DNA of 64,000 nt from Azolla caroliniana (GCA_043228905.1 JBHGNT010000001.1:25916001-25980000); one strand, 5' to 3'; positions 38,274 to 52,382 are shown, counted from the first letter of the stretch. Made by a program: numbers and translations. Notes: a model not told the origin generated them from the sequence alone.

Positions 38274-40141
38274 AGGCGACTTCCTGATACTCCTTCTGTA
38301 CGTGGATGACATGTTGATCGTCGGACGGAACCAAGCCAAAATACGGATGCTGAAGAAGGCTCTCAACCGAACTTTCGCAATGAAAGACTTGGGTCCGGCA
38401 AGATAGATGTTGGGGATGCATATCATCCGGAACCGGCCAACGAAGCAACTGTGGCTGTCACAGGAGAAATACGTGACAGAGGTGCGTCCTTCAGCGGTTC
38501 AACATGTTAGAAGCGAAATCGGTCAAATCAACACTCCCAACAAACTACAGATTATCCGGTAAGCAAAGCCCGAAGACGAAAGCAGAGAAGGTTGATATGA
38601 TGAAGGTTCCATATGCCTCTACCGTCGGGAGCTTAATGTACGCAATGGTGTGTACCCGACCGGATAGAGGATACGCAGTCGGAGTGGTGAGCCGGTTTAT
38701 GAGCAATCCCGGCAAGGAGCACTGGAACGCAGTCAAATGGATACTCCGGTACTTGAAGGGCACTTCGAATATGTGTCTCCAATTCGGCTCCGGTAAACCT
38801 CAACTTGACGGTTTTACCGATTCGGATATGTCGGCTGATGTGGATACCATCCGGTCTACATCCGGTTAGGTAATGACGTATGCAGGGGGAGCTATTTCAT
38901 GGCAGTCGAGGCTGCAGAAGACAGTTGCGTTGTCAACCACGGAAGCGGAGTACATGGCGGTTGTGGAAGCCGGCAAGGAAATGCTATGGATGAAGGACTT
39001 CATCGGAGAGCTCGGTATCCGGCAAGATGAATACCAGCTCTATTGCGACAGTCAAAGTGCCATCCACCTTGCTAAGAATGCAGCGTACTACTCCAGGACA
39101 AAGCACATCCAGCGTAGGCATCACTGGATCCGGGAGCGAGTAGAAGATCGAGAGTTTGTGCTGACGAAGATCCACACGGCTGAGAATGGGTCAGATATGT
39201 TGACCAAAGTACTGATACCTGACAAGCTGGATGCATGTCAGAGGCGGATCGGACTAGTAAGACATCCCATGCCGGAGTGAAGGGGGAGTTTGTTAGGAAA
39301 CAGGTCCCTCTGGATGGGAAGTGAGAAGACCCGGTGAGAATCGGATGTGGAGTACCCGGCAACGGAAGACCCGGTGAGAACCGGATGTGGAGTACCCGAC
39401 AACGGAAGACCCAGTGAGAACCGGATGACGAGAAACCGGCAACGGAAGACCCGGTGAGAACCGGATGACGAGTACCCGGCAAGAGCTGGATGGTGAAGGC
39501 CCGGTGAGAAGTGCTCACTGAATGAAGGGACATATTCGTAAATATGTTTTCTGAGAGTCCATCGGAGCTATATTTGTAAATAGCCGAAAAGTCATATTAG
39601 TATAAATATGACTTAGGGCAAACTTAGTGTGTGTGGTTGTCATTCTTGTTGGTGCAAGATTCGAGTGTATAACTGTGCACAGAGAGAGAGAGAGAGAGAG
39701 AGAGAGGAAGAGGTCGTTGCCTCTGTTGTAACCGCTGCTTGTGGCGAAGATAGCAAGCTCAAGGTCGTTGCCTCGGTGCTTTACTATCGTACATTGTGAT
39801 ATAGTGATAGTTTGCAGTGTGTGGGCTGTCGTGGTTTTTCCCTAGTTTGGGTTTTCCACGTTAACATCCTGTGTACTCTTCTCTTCATTGTGTCGTGCGT
39901 TCATTACCCGTTTTCTATGTTTTGATCCTAGGCTCAGTTGTGGCCGAGCGTTGTTCATCGAGAGCGTGTGTTCCTGTCATGATGTTGATTCGAGCACAAC
40001 CGAGTGTGATCGGACTCAGTATCGACAACTGATCAACAGCCTAATAATATATCTAACCATCACACGACCCGACCTCAGCTATTCAGTCAGCCTACTTAGC
40101 CAATTCATGCAGAACCCACGAAAGGATCATCTTGATTGCAC

Positions 40142-43100
40142 TATTGAGAGATCAAGCTCAACTTAGTTTAGTTAGTTAGTCAACCATGTAACTTCGTAGT
40201 TACCTAGATAGAATCTAGTTAGAAGTGTTGACTATAACGCCTTAAATAGGACCTTGTACTTAAGTGGGATATTCTAGATCCTCCACTCCTAAATACATTT
40301 AATATAGGACTTACACTTTTGTACCTATATTATCCTCACACATGTGCACCCTTGCACATGAAATCTATATATACCTCATTGTGGGTATTTTTGTATTTGA
40401 TGATGATGATAATGCTAATTTAATATAGTTACTCATCCCCCATCTTGTGTTGTTCATAAGTGTATCTCTCTCTCTCTCTCACACACACACACATACACAC
40501 ACATCACATAATCTTCTGCTTAACTTAATCACATAATTAGGTACTAATTAATCCATACTTAATTACTTTCCTAATTCTTAACATGGTATCAGAGCATGTG
40601 GTTTAGAAAATCCACTAAGCCCACCCAACTCCGTGATTGTGTGTTCGAGACGCCAACGACAAAATCTGGTTATCCGCTACCGTAGTGCTGCTACATAGCA
40701 CGAGTACGTGATCGAAGGAAGAAAAGCAAAACGGAAGACACTACATCAAAATGAACACACAAATGGGTAGCTCGCTCCCTAGTGAAAAGCTAGACTAGAG
40801 CAATTATTCATCTTGGGAGTACAAGATGACCCAATACTTTGTCAGCCAAGGGTATTGGAGCTACATCAACAGCGCACAAGAAAATCGACTCGACTCAAAG
40901 AACGCAGACTACGCAACATGGGAGCAAGCGGCGAGTCAAGTCATGTATTGCTTGGCAACATGTGTCCACGACCACATGCTTAACCATATTCAAGATGCCA
41001 AGACACCTAAAGAAGCGTGGGCGAATTTAAAGAAACTTTTCGCCGCCAACACGACCGCCCGAAAACTTCAACTCCGACAAGAGTTGAACAACATCCGGCA
41101 AGAAGATATGTCTATGTCAGACTACACCGCCAAGATCAAGAGCATTTGCGACTCACTTGGCTCCATCAACATAAACGTCGACGAAGACGAGATGGTTCAA
41201 GTATGCTTGGGCGGCCTCACACAACGATTCGATCCATTATGGACTGCAATCTTGGCGAGAGAAAATCTTCCTTCATTCTTCGACCTCCAATCAATGATAT
41301 TGGTCGAAGAGAACCACATCCGAACCAAAAGCAAGACGTCAGAAGGACAAATGTTCTTCTCGAATTCAGATAGTGGCAAAGGACGAGGTCGCAGTGGTAG
41401 AAGAGGTCGATTCGACCCATCACACGAAGGGAACTCAAACCTTCGACAACAAGACGGAAGCCATCAAGGAACCTTCGGAAGAAGGGGGAGCTTCCACGCC
41501 GAACATGGTCGACAAACGGGGCCTGTAACTTGCAATTATTGCAACAAAACCGGCCACTATGAGGCGGAGTGTCGAAAAAAGAGAAGTGAGTCGGCTTCAA
41601 CAAGTTGACAACTCACAAACTACGCCACCAACTCCGAATACGACGACTACGGCGGACTATTCGTAATGAGGCATAGAGCGAACTCTATGACGGCCTCCGA
41701 CTCCGCAAGTACCTCCAATTTGGAAGACATGTGGTTCGTCGATTCTGGCGCCTCACATCACATGACATCCCACAAAGAGTGGTTCAATGACTTGCGTACA
41801 CCGGATCAACCCGGCTACATAGAGACGGGAGACAACACCACGCATCCCATTCGGCACATCGGCAATGTTCCATTCGGCAATGATGGCAAGAACAATTGCA
41901 TCAAGAATGTCTTGCATGTGCCCACAATAACGAAGAATTTGGTCTCGGTAGGCCAAATTGTGGAGCAAGGAATGGAAGTTCGCTTCAACAAAGAAGGATG
42001 CTTCATTGAGAAAGATGGCCGACTCATAGCGAAGGGGCGGAGAGACGGCCGAATGTTCATCCTCAATTCAAATGAGGTGAAATCGGCAATGTACGCTAAA
42101 AGTCTCAAAACCGAGACAAGCATCGAGTTGTGGCACAAAAGAATCGGCCACATAAACCTCCAACAGCTTCGAGCAATGCAATCAAAGGGAGTCACCATCG
42201 AACTTCCAACATTTGAGTCAAAACGAGTCAACCGAGTATACGAAGCGTGTCAACTCGGCAAACAACATCGACTCCCATTCCCGAAGGAGAGCTCAGCAAG
42301 CAAAGGCCTCCTCGACATCATAAAACTCGAATGTATGGGGACTGGCTCAAACGTTGAGGATCGGCGGATGCCAATTCTACGTCACCTTCATCGACGACTA
42401 CTCGCGCTACGCGTGGATCTTCCCGATGAAGAAGAAGAGCGAAGTGTTCTTCCACTTCCAAAAGCTCAAGGGCCAAGTCGAAAAAGAAACCGGTCGGCAC
42501 ATTCGATGCCTACGATCGGATGGAGGCAAGGAGTACTTCTCCGATGAATTCACCTCCTACCTCTAAAGTGAAGGCATTCAAAGAGAATTCTCATGCCGAC
42601 ACACACCCCAACAAAATGGAGTGGCCGAAAGGAAGAATTGGCAAATACTCTAGATAGCACGCGCCATGATGCATGAGAAGCACATGCCGAATTTCTATTG
42701 GGCCGAAGCGGCTTCCACGGCCATCTATCTCATGAATCGATGCACCACTAATGGAGTGCATGAGCTAACTCCATACGAGCTCCTCGTCGGAAGGGAGACG
42801 ATCTTGTCGCACCTCAAGGTGTTCGGAAGCATTGCAAATTTACGCATCCCGAAAGAACAACAACAGAAGCCCAATGCGAAGTCGGAGGAATGTATCCTCA
42901 TAGGATACTCGTCCGAGAAGAAGGCATACAAGTGCTACAACCCTTCTACCCGAGCAGTTCGGGTAAGTTGAAACGTAGTCTTCAACGAGTCCTCGCCCTG
43001 GTACGCACCAGAGACAACTTCGACTCCGACTTCGTTCGACCTAGAATCCGCCGAATAAGAGGTAGAAGATGGAGATCACTTCGAACACATGTTCAAAGAA

Positions 43101-43773
43101 AGTCTGATTATGGCAAGGCCTAGTGGGCCACAAGAGCCCCCACGCGACCCAAGCACGTCGCGGCCAAGTATGAACTTGGACAAAGGCAAAGGTAAGATGC
43201 CCGCATACGAAGTCGACCACCCCAACGACAATGATTCGGATGGATCGGGCTCCCTCACTAGACAGTGAGTTTGGTGTACCCATCATGCGTACACCCGGAG
43301 TGAAGAAGGCGCACACATCGGCGAGCAAAAAACTTCAACACTCTTCTAGAGAGAAGAATCTCGTCACTCGGCTCGGCTACAACGAGTATATGGCCCATCA
43401 TTACACCTTCGTGATGAAGGTCGCGGCCGAACAAGAGCTTGAGAGCTCTACAGAAGTGGCTTGTAACCCACGATGGGTGAAAGCAGTCAGCCAATTTTGC
43501 ACGACAAGCCTTCATCACAGGGTTGAGGAGGAGGAACCGAAACTGCCACAAAAACGTCGACATCGAAAGAAACAATATCGGCCATCCAAATCCAAAGCCG
43601 ATTCAACCGAATCGAAGATCCGAACATCGAAAGCCAAAGCGGACATCGGATGCCCCGTACTTGAGCTTGAGGGGGCGTGTTGAGAGATCAAGCTCAACTT
43701 AGTTTAGTTAGTTAGTCAACCATGTAACTTCGTAGTTACCTAGATAGAATCTAGTTCGAAGTGTTGACTATAA
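40142..43773 (+). mobile_element. Internally deleted copia element (RT/RNase H lost), 3' LTR truncated by a Tork insertion
   Basis: 5' LTR 40142-40583 and PBS 40584-95. Gag, protease and integrase pieces span 40751-43490 (CNYCNKTGHYEAEC, WFVDSGAS). PPT ttgagggggcg precedes a 3' LTR of which only 43678-43773 remains. Confidence 0.9.
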
Positions 43774-46496
43774 TGTTAGGAATTGACGCTTTCAAAACCT
43801 TCACCTCTCGGCCACAACCGAGAAAACACGGATCAATGCAGCAGTAAATCGACAACACAGAGAGAGACTCGAATGCACAGGGTTTAGCGTGGAAAACCCT
43901 AGACGGGAAAAACCACGGGAGTGTAAGACTCCAACTATCACTATACGCAGGGAATGTACAATGGCGAGCTGCAAGGCGACGACCTTGAGCTCGCTGTCCT
44001 CGCCACAGGCGGCGGTATTACACAGAGGCGTCGACCTCTTCCTTTCTCTCTCTCTCTCACTCTCTCTCTCTCTCGGATGCTCTCACTTCGCTCCCTCTAA
44101 GTGGAAAACAGAAAAATGAGCAACAACTACAAAACTGTTTGCCCTAAGTCATATTTATACACATATGACTTTCGGGCTATTTACAAATATAGCCTCAAGG
44201 GCCCTTGGCAAACATATTCACAAATATGTCCCCGCATCCGGATCTCTCTCCGGGTACATTCGTCATCCGGCTCCGTAGCCGGGGTCTTCATCATCCGGAT
44301 CCGGAACCGGGTCTTCATCATCCGGCTCCGAAACCGGGTCTTCATCATCCGGCTCTGGAACCGGGTCTTCATCATCCGGCTCCAATACCGGGTACTCCTC
44401 ATTCGGGTCTTCATTCCCGATTCCCGGACATCCGACCATCCCATCCGGAGGGACCGTAATCCCAACAAACTCCCCCTTCACTTCGGCATGGGATGTCTTT
44501 CCAGTCCGACCCTCTTCCGGCACGCTTCCAGCTTGTCGGGTGTGAGCACTTTGGTCAGCATATCTGACCCGTTCTCGTCCGTGTGGATCTTCGTCAACAC
44601 GAACTCCTGGTCTTCTATCCTTTCCCGGATCCAGTGATATCTTCGTTGGATGTGCTTCGTCCGGGAGTGATAGGCCGCGTTCTTTGCAAGGTGGATGGCA
44701 CTCTGACTGTCGCAGTAGAGTCGGTACTCCTCCTGCCGGATACCGAGCTCTCTAATGAAGTCCTTCATCCATATTATTTCCTTGCCGGCTTCAACAGCCG
44801 CCATGTACTCCGCCTCCGTGGTTGACAACGCAACCGTCTTCTGCAGCCTCGACTGCCACGAAACAGCTCCCCCTGCATACGTCATCACATACCCTGATGT
44901 GGACCGGCTGGTATCTGCATCAGCCGACATATCCGAATCAGTAAAGCCGTCGAGTTCGGGCTTACCGGAGCCGAATCGGAGGCACACGTTTGTCGTGCCC
45001 TTCAGGTATCGGAGTATCCACTTGGCCGCGTTCCAGTGCTCTTTGCCGGGATTGCTCATGTACCGGCTCACCACTCCGACTGCATATCCTATGTCCGGTC
45101 TTGTACACACCATTGCGTACATCAAGCTTCCGACGGCAGAGGCATATGGTACTTTCATCATGTCCTCCTTCTCAGCCTTTGTCTTGGGGCTTTGCTTGCT
45201 GGACAACTTGCAGTTTGCCGGGAGGGTTGACCCGACCGGTCTTGCTTCCGACATGTTGAACCGGTGAAGTACCTTTGTCACGTACTTCTCCTGTGACAGC
45301 CACAACTGCTTCTTCTTCCGGTCCCGGATGATGTGCATCCCTAGTATTTGCCTCGCCGGACCCAGGTCCTTCATTGAGAAGGTTCGGTGAAGCGCTTTCT
45401 TCAGCATCCGTATCTTGACCTGGTCCCGTCCGACGATCAACATGTCGTCCACGTACAGGAGGAGTATTAGAAAATCTCCTCCTTCGAACTTCTTCACAAA
45501 CACGCAGTGATCGGACTGCGTTTTGTGGTACCCTTCGTCGGTCATGAAAGAATCGAACTTCCGGTACCATTGCCGGGGAGCCTGCTTCAGTCCGTAAAGG
45601 CTCTTCTTCAACCGGCATACCAGGTGCTCCTTCCCTTTCTTCTCGAATCCTTCCGGTTGCTGCATGTAGATCTCTTCTTCGAGGTCACCGTGAAGGAATG
45701 TCATCTTCACGTCCATCTGTTCTACCTCGAGGTCCATGCTTGCCGCTATGCTCAGCACCGTCCGGATGGAGGTCGTCTTCACTACCGGGGCAAATATCTC
45801 GTCGAAGTCGACGCCCTTCTTCTGCTGGAACCCCTTCACCACGATCCTGGCTTTGTATCTCGGGGGGTTTCCGGCATCTCCCGGTTTCAGCTTGAACACC
45901 CACTTGTTTCGAAGTGCCCGCTTTCCTTTCGGCAACTCCACAAGTTCATATGTGTGGTTCTCATGCAGGGAATCCATCTCCTCCTGCATGGCACTTAACC
46001 ACCTGAGGCTATGGGTGTCAAGCTTTGCTTCTTCAAAACTCTCCGGCTCCCCCTCGTCGGTTAGCAGCACGTGCTCTGGTTCCGGAAATCTCCGGGGGGC
46101 CCTTCTCTCTCTTAGAGGATATCTCCGTTCCGGAGCTTCGGTAACCGGCTCCTCCGTTTCCTCTTCATCCGAATCCATTTCGGGATCGGGGCCGGTTCCG
46201 GTATCAGTTTCTTCACCGTCTTCGGCCGGATCCTCGAGTGCTAACCGGTCCCTTGCCGGTCGGGACTGCTCCTCGTAGAGTTGATCCTCACCGGTCGACT
46301 TGGAGCTCTTCATCTTCTTCTCCGACTCCCAGTCGGCGAGTGTCTTGTCCTCCATGAAGATGATATCACGACTCCGGAATATCTTTTTGTCGACCGGGTC
46401 CCATACTCGGTAGCCGAACACGTCATCGCCGTAACCGAGGAATATGCATGGCCGGGTCTTTGGATCTAGCTTTCCTCTCCGGTCCTTTGCCACATG
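43774..46496 (-). mobile_element. 3' half of a Tork-like copia (LTR 43774-44467; integrase C-terminus, RT and RNase H, ORF 44478-46493)
   Basis: 671-aa open frame nearly identical to the C-terminal half of the 10990-15063 polyprotein. PPT complement at 44468. The LTR carries 27-bp U3 repeats. Confidence 0.95.
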
Positions 46497-46847
46497 TGTT
46501 GGGATTACAGTCCCTCCGGATGGGATGGTCGGATGTTCGGGAATCGGGAATGAAGACCCGGTTCCGGAGCCGGATGATGAAGACCCGGTTCCGGATCCGG
46601 ATGATGAAGACCCCGGCTACGGAGCCGGATGATGAAGACCCCGGCTACGGAGCCGGATGACGAATGTACCCGGAGAGAGATCCGGATGCGGGGACATATT
46701 TGTGAATATGTTTGTCAAGGGCCCTTGAGGCTATTTTTTGTAAATAGCCCGAAAGTCATATGTGTATAAATATGACTTAGGGCAAACAGTTTTGTAGTTG
46801 TTGCTCATTTTTCTGTTTTCCACTTAGAGGGAGCGAAGTGAGAGTAG

Positions 46848-46883
<36 letters not shown>

Positions 46884-49210
46884 GAGGTCGACGCCTCTGT
46901 GTAATACCGCCGCCTGTGGCGAGGACAGCGAGCTCAAGGTCGTCGCCTTGCAGCTCGCCATTGTACATTCCCTGCGCATAGTAATAGTTGGAGTCTTACA
47001 CTCCCGTGGTTTTTCCCGTCTAGGGTTTTCCACGCTAAACCCTGTGCATTCGAGTCTCTCTCTGTGTTGTCGATTTACTGCTGCATTGATCCGTGTTTTC
47101 TCGGTTGTGGCCGAGAGGTGAAGGTTTTGAAAGCGTCAATTCCTAACAATCTAGTATCAGAGCTACTGCAGTGCAGAAAATGGAAGGCGGCAGCAGCGGG
47201 CAGCCGGGGATGATGGTGCTGAATGCGCAGAACTACGCCGACTGGAAGATAAAGATGGAGGATCTGCTCATTGTTCGGGACCTGTATGAACCGATCGACA
47301 GGTCGGAAATACCCAAGGGGGTACTTGAGACGGAATGGAGGCTTCTGAACCGGAAAGCCGTTGCAACCATTCGGCAATACGTCGACGTGAGCGTTCTACA
47401 ACATGTGGCGAACGACACCAACGCATATGAGATGTGGCGGAAGCTGTCGGGCCTCTACGAGAGGAAGAATGCGTTGAACCGGACCTCCCTGATGAGGAAG
47501 ATAGTGAACCTCAAGTACCGGGACGGCGAGAGTATGGTGGAACACGTAAGCACGTTCATGGGATTCGTGAACCAGCTTGCGGCGATCAAGTTCCCGTTGG
47601 AGGATGCAATGCAAGCCATCATCCTGATGTGTACATTGCCGGCAAGCTGGGAGAACTTGGTGGTGACTCTCAGCACCTCCTGCACCGAAGATAACTTGTC
47701 CCTACAAACGGTAAAGACAAGCATTTTGAACGAAGAAGCGCGTCGGAGAGATAAAGAACCGGCCTCCGATCCGAAGATGCTGCTTACCGAATCGGATCGG
47801 GGAAGACAACGGAACCGGAGTCCGCAAAGACGGGAGAAGTCGGGGACCCGGTCGCAGTCAAGAGGAAGGCCCACATGCTTCCACTGTGGGAAGCCGGGGC
47901 ACTTCCGGAAGAATTGTCGGCATTACCGAAAAGACAACGGAGCCGACGACACCGATTCGAAGAAGTCTTCGGAACGGAACGGTGCTTACCGGGGAGCCAC
48001 GGACCGGAATGGTTCGGATCGGCGAGGGCAGGACCGGAAAGGAACGACGGCACTCGCGGCAAGTGAAGAGGAGATCATGCTCATCACCGAAGAAGGTGAA
48101 CTAAACATTGCCGGCGATGAGACTACCTGGGTGGTCGATTCCGGAGCGTCGTTCCACCTGACCCCGGAAAGAAGATACTTCTCATCCTACACAGCCGGTG
48201 AGCATGGCTGTGTTCGGATGGGAAATGAAGGTACGTGCCGGATTGCCGGCATAGGAGACGTGTGGTTGACAACCTCGACCGGATGCAAAATGTTGCTGAA
48301 GGATGTCCGACACGTTCCGGAGGTTCGATTGAACCTGATTTCGGCCGGGAGGCTAGACGATGAAGGCTACACAGGTAGCATCCGGAACTGCGTAATGAAG
48401 TTCAGCAAGGGGAGCCTGATAGTGGCTCGGGCCCGGAAAGTCAACACACTGTACCTTATGAATGCCTGGTTGTGTCCGGAAGAGTTGAACGTGGCAGCCG
48501 ACACTGCCGGTGAGCTGTGGCACAAGAGACTGTGCCACATGAGTGAGAAGGGGATGAAGAGGCTTGCAGAAGACAACCTTATTCCAGTGAAGCATGTGCA
48601 CCTGGAAAAGTGCACCGATTGCCTGGCCGGTAAGCAGAACCGAACCTCCTTCCACTCAAGGCCACCGACGAGACGTAGCGCACCATTGGAGTTGGTGCAC
48701 ACTGACGTGTGTCAAGTAGAAACGAAGTCACATGGCGGAGCCCAGTACTTCGTGACATTCATTGATGACCACAGCCGGAAGCTGTGGACGGCACCGTTGA
48801 AGACAAAGGACCAAGTGTTGTGCGTCTTCAAAGAACTCCACGCGAGAGTGGAAAGGGAATCCGGCAAGAAGCTGAAAGCGATACGAGCGGATAACGGAGG
48901 GGAATACCGGGGGCAGTTCGAGGAGTACTGTCGCTCGAAGGGAATCCGGCTCGAGTTTACTGTGCCGAAGACGCCGAACCTGAACGGGCTGGCCGAGAGG
49001 ATGAACCGGACCATAATGGAGAGGGTCCGGAGTATGCTGGCGCATGCGAAATTACCCAAGGGGTTTTGGGCTGAGGCAATGTCGACGGCGACATACGTGA
49101 TAAACAGATCACCCTCAGTACCTTTGGACGGAGACACGCCGCAGAGAGTGTGGACCGGTAGGGAAGTATCCTACCGGCTTCTGAAGGTGTTCGGGTGTCT
49201 CGCATATTTG
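46497..49210 (+). mobile_element. 5' half of a Tork-like copia in inverted orientation (LTR 46497-47148; gag, protease and integrase core 47180-49210)
   Basis: LTR tgttgggatt..tcctaaca, mutated PBS tagtatcagagc at 47152, and an open frame MEGGSSGQPG..KVFGCLAY. Confidence 0.95.
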
Positions 49211-50326
49211 TGTTACTCCCTCTTGGAGAAAACATCTTTGATTACTCCTCCTGAGTAATCGGATCAAGGTATTGTGCTACGAAGGAGAGTTGAAGTTATA
49301 AATCCCTACCGAGATCGTTATCCGAGTTGTTACGAGGTATATGGACTTCCCTATACTCATGGTACCTACAGGCCGTTATTTGAACTGTTCCACTTGTATG
49401 GAGTTACAACCAGCAAAACTAGAAAGGTATTACGTGGGATCGGCTACAACCGACCCTCCAATACGCCTTCCCAACTTATATATATGTACATCAAAATATA
49501 AAGAGATAGAACACTAAAGTTGCCCACAAAAATATATTCGATTAAAGTGTAAACACACAAATACAAGTACCGAATATTATCGGTAAAGCACTCACTCTGT
49601 ATCCCTCTATTCCTGGCCTAGCCCCTCTTTTCCCCTTCCCTTTTGTTGGGAATATGTCCCTCCAGTGGGAGGATGATCTGATAGTTCGGAAAGCCGACAG
49701 TCGAAGAATCGGAAAACAGGAGCCGAGGCCGATAGACCAAGGCCGAAACCGGAATTGTGTAAATAGCCAACTCGGGAGACTATATTTGTAAATTGTCTTA
49801 GTGTGCGCCCCATGAGGGCTACGTATGTAAATAACCAGAAAGTTGCGTAAGTATATATGCAACTAGGGCAAACATGTTGTGTAGAGAAGTATGAACAGAG
49901 TTAGAATTGTAGAATGAGAGAGTCGCACCATAGTTGTGTGTGTAACAGCAGACGCGAAGAGCCCTGTGCGGCTGATGCACTCGTGAGAGAGTGTCGTAAC
50001 CTTCTCTACATTGTATATCCACTATTTGTATAGTGAAGAATCAATTCCCGTGGTTTTCCTCGTTTTAGGGTTTCCACGTAAGTCTCTGTGTACATCTGTC
50101 ATTTCTGTGTGATTCGTATTTCAGCGCATTATTTGTCTATTGTGATCTATTCTGCGACGATCTTCCAACACGTTTCATGTTCTCCAATACTCGATATATA
50201 GAGTCCCCTATGCTCAGCAATTTCCAACCGTTCTTCCTAAATGCTTGGCTCCCTTTGTTCAGTTGCTAGTGCTCAAGCCTCCTTGATTCGTTTCACACCT
50301 TGTCACACTTGTCCCACTGGGTAACA
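49211..50326. mobile_element. Probable solo LTR of an unrelated family, interrupted by a Tork-type solo LTR
   Basis: Inverted termini tgttactc..gggtaaca. No matching TSD. Confidence 0.5.
49644..50170 (+). mobile_element. Solo LTR, Tork-related
   Basis: Reads tgttgggaat..ttccaaca and shares tatttgtaaat, tagggcaaac and ccgtggtttt..agggtttccacg motifs with the Tork LTRs. TSD ccttt/cgttt. Confidence 0.8.
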
Positions 50327-50345
50327 CATGGTATGCGCTTTCGAT

Positions 50346-50633
50346 CATAGTTGTTAAAAAACACATATTCTATGTTTAGAATACATTTTCGAATACTTTG
50401 AAGTATTCTACGTTTTAGAATTGCCATTTTTCAATTTTTCACATATTCTACGTATTCTAAGAAGTTGACTACTATGTATTCTACATATTTAACATTTCAA
50501 AAATGTTTTTATTTTTTTTATTTTAAAAAAATAATATTTAACGTGTTTTACACGTATTGTGTGTGAAGTATTCTACACATATTATATGTTATGTATTCTA
50601 CATGTATTATATGTTAAGTATTCTACAATAATG
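50346..50633. mobile_element. Degenerate hAT-type MITE
   Basis: Imperfect TIRs catagttgt..acaataatg, 8-bp TSD ctttcgat/ctttggat and many internal gtattctac motifs. Confidence 0.65.
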
Positions 50634-51459
50634 CTTTGGATGTATATAAGGTATGTACAAATAAATGTATGAGAGAGCTACGTTTAGGGTGAGGAAAATG
50701 TGTATTGAATAAAGTTTTGGTTCATTAGTAGGATAAGAGGGTATTTGGGGAAATTATGTCCTTCTTTTAATTCCTGATGCCCTCATAAGTTTTTGTGTAT
50801 TTTCTAAAGTATTTGCAAAAATCATCACATCGTCTCCATACAACAAAAGCATGAGATTATATTCTTAATGATAACTTCCTCAATACTTTATTCGTTTGCA
50901 AACTTGGCAACCATTTGTTCTAATTCATCAAAGCGTAGACCAAATAGAGTTTGTGAGAGCGGCATCCTTGCTTAACATTGATATGCTATTGGAAAATTTT
51001 GACATTCTATCGACCATATGCTTACAACATATAACCTTCTCATATATTTGAAAATTTGCAAGTATATATTCACACAATACCCCAAATTCTTCCATGCACT
51101 TCTAAATATGCTCACAAGGTATCAAATCAAATGTTTTTTTGAAAACTACAAGTCAACAATATAAACCTTACATCTCATGCACCTTTAGATTCCATTAATA
51201 CTCTAATGGTAACAACATGATTGATGATTTTATGGTGTTTTCGAAAAGGAACTTGTCCATAAGCCCTTTTATCTCTCTTTTTTTGGATATGCACTTAAAT
51301 TTGATTCCATTATATAATAGTTTTGTTATAAGTTAGCAGACTATGAATGTCTGATAGTTGTTTACATTTTTATATCTCCACCTTTGCATAAGTTTGATCC
51401 AATTTATACTCCAATCATAATGCAGGTCATGTTGTAATGCGTGATTAAACATATGATTT

Positions 51460-51921
51460 TGTTGAGATATCAAGCTCAACTAATTTTAGCCATTTAGTTA
51501 ATCATGTAACTTAGTAGTTACCTAGATAGAATCTAGTTAGTGTGTTGACCTTAAATCTTTAAATAGGACCTTGTACTTAGGTGGGATACATTCTAGATCC
51601 TCCACTCCCAAGTACATTTAATATAGGACTTACACCTTTGTACCCATATTCTCCTCACACATGTATCCTTGCACATGATATCTATATATACCTCATTGTG
51701 GGTATTTTTTATGATGCTTAATAATATAGAGAAAAGTGTTTAACTACGCTCTTGCTAATCATCCCCCATCTTGTCTTATTGCTCATAAAATTGTTCTTTC
51801 TCTCTTCCTCTCACATACACACACACATCACATAATCTTTCGTTGCTTAATCACATACATGATTAACTATTCGCATAATTAGATATTAATTAACCCTTAG
51901 TTAATTACCTAATTATTAACA
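51460..51921 (+). mobile_element. Solo LTR related to LTR 40142-40583
   Basis: tgttgagatatcaagctcaac..attaaca is collinear with 40142-40583. No TSD seen. Confidence 0.85.
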
Positions 51922-52382
51922 AACGTATTCATGCATGTGTTTCCTTTCTAGTCTATTTGATTGTTTTAGCCTTTCTACTGTGAAGACCTCTTGCATTTCA
52001 AGAGGCCAATTTATTAAGCCCTATGCATACATCTTTAATCGTAAAGAATGAAAGCATATGTGAAAAAGAACGACAACTCAAATATGGTTGTTTGATACCT
52101 TTAACGACCTTCTCATATTCAAACATTTTCATATATTTGAGGTCAATACATAAAATTATATGATCATTTGTCCATCCACCAAGTGAGAACATGTGTATGA
52201 AATCCAAGATACCCTTAGAAAGTGCACATTAAGAATCATACAATTTCCATTGTGTTCTTTACAAGCAAAATCATTAGTGTTCTCAAGTTTTAAGATACAC
52301 CATTTGCAATAAGCATTAACTATACTACTACACATTTGTAGAACTTCCCATTTTGATCAATTGAACCTTTTCCATTCATAGA

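Larger units (their letters stand above)
28137..39979 (+). mobile_element. Tnt1/Tork-like copia element with compound 5' LTR, degenerate pol and a nested copia
   Basis: TSD cgatg/tgatg. The 5' LTR region is 28137-28932 plus 28933-29512, followed by PBS tggtattagagc at 29516. Gag-pol pieces are 29543-31312, 31363-32566 and 38274-39280. PPT agggggag precedes the 3' LTR 39291-39979. Confidence 0.93.
26831..40141 (+). pseudogene. Old copia RT fragment acting as host (pieces 26831-27035, 27691-28136, 39980-40141)
   Basis: The RT sequence is collinear across two insertions: GYAQKHGVNYEEIF..QMDVKN..IQPP / GFE..LYGLKQAPRAW..YVDAL..LKLD / V..YLTITRPDLSY..HLDC. Confidence 0.85.

Noticed and set aside
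11005-49235. Dozens of 60-300 aa overlapping or antisense ORFs
   Set aside because: They are shadow frames of GC-rich retroelement coding DNA and LTRs. They recur identically in sister copies and have no independent motifs.
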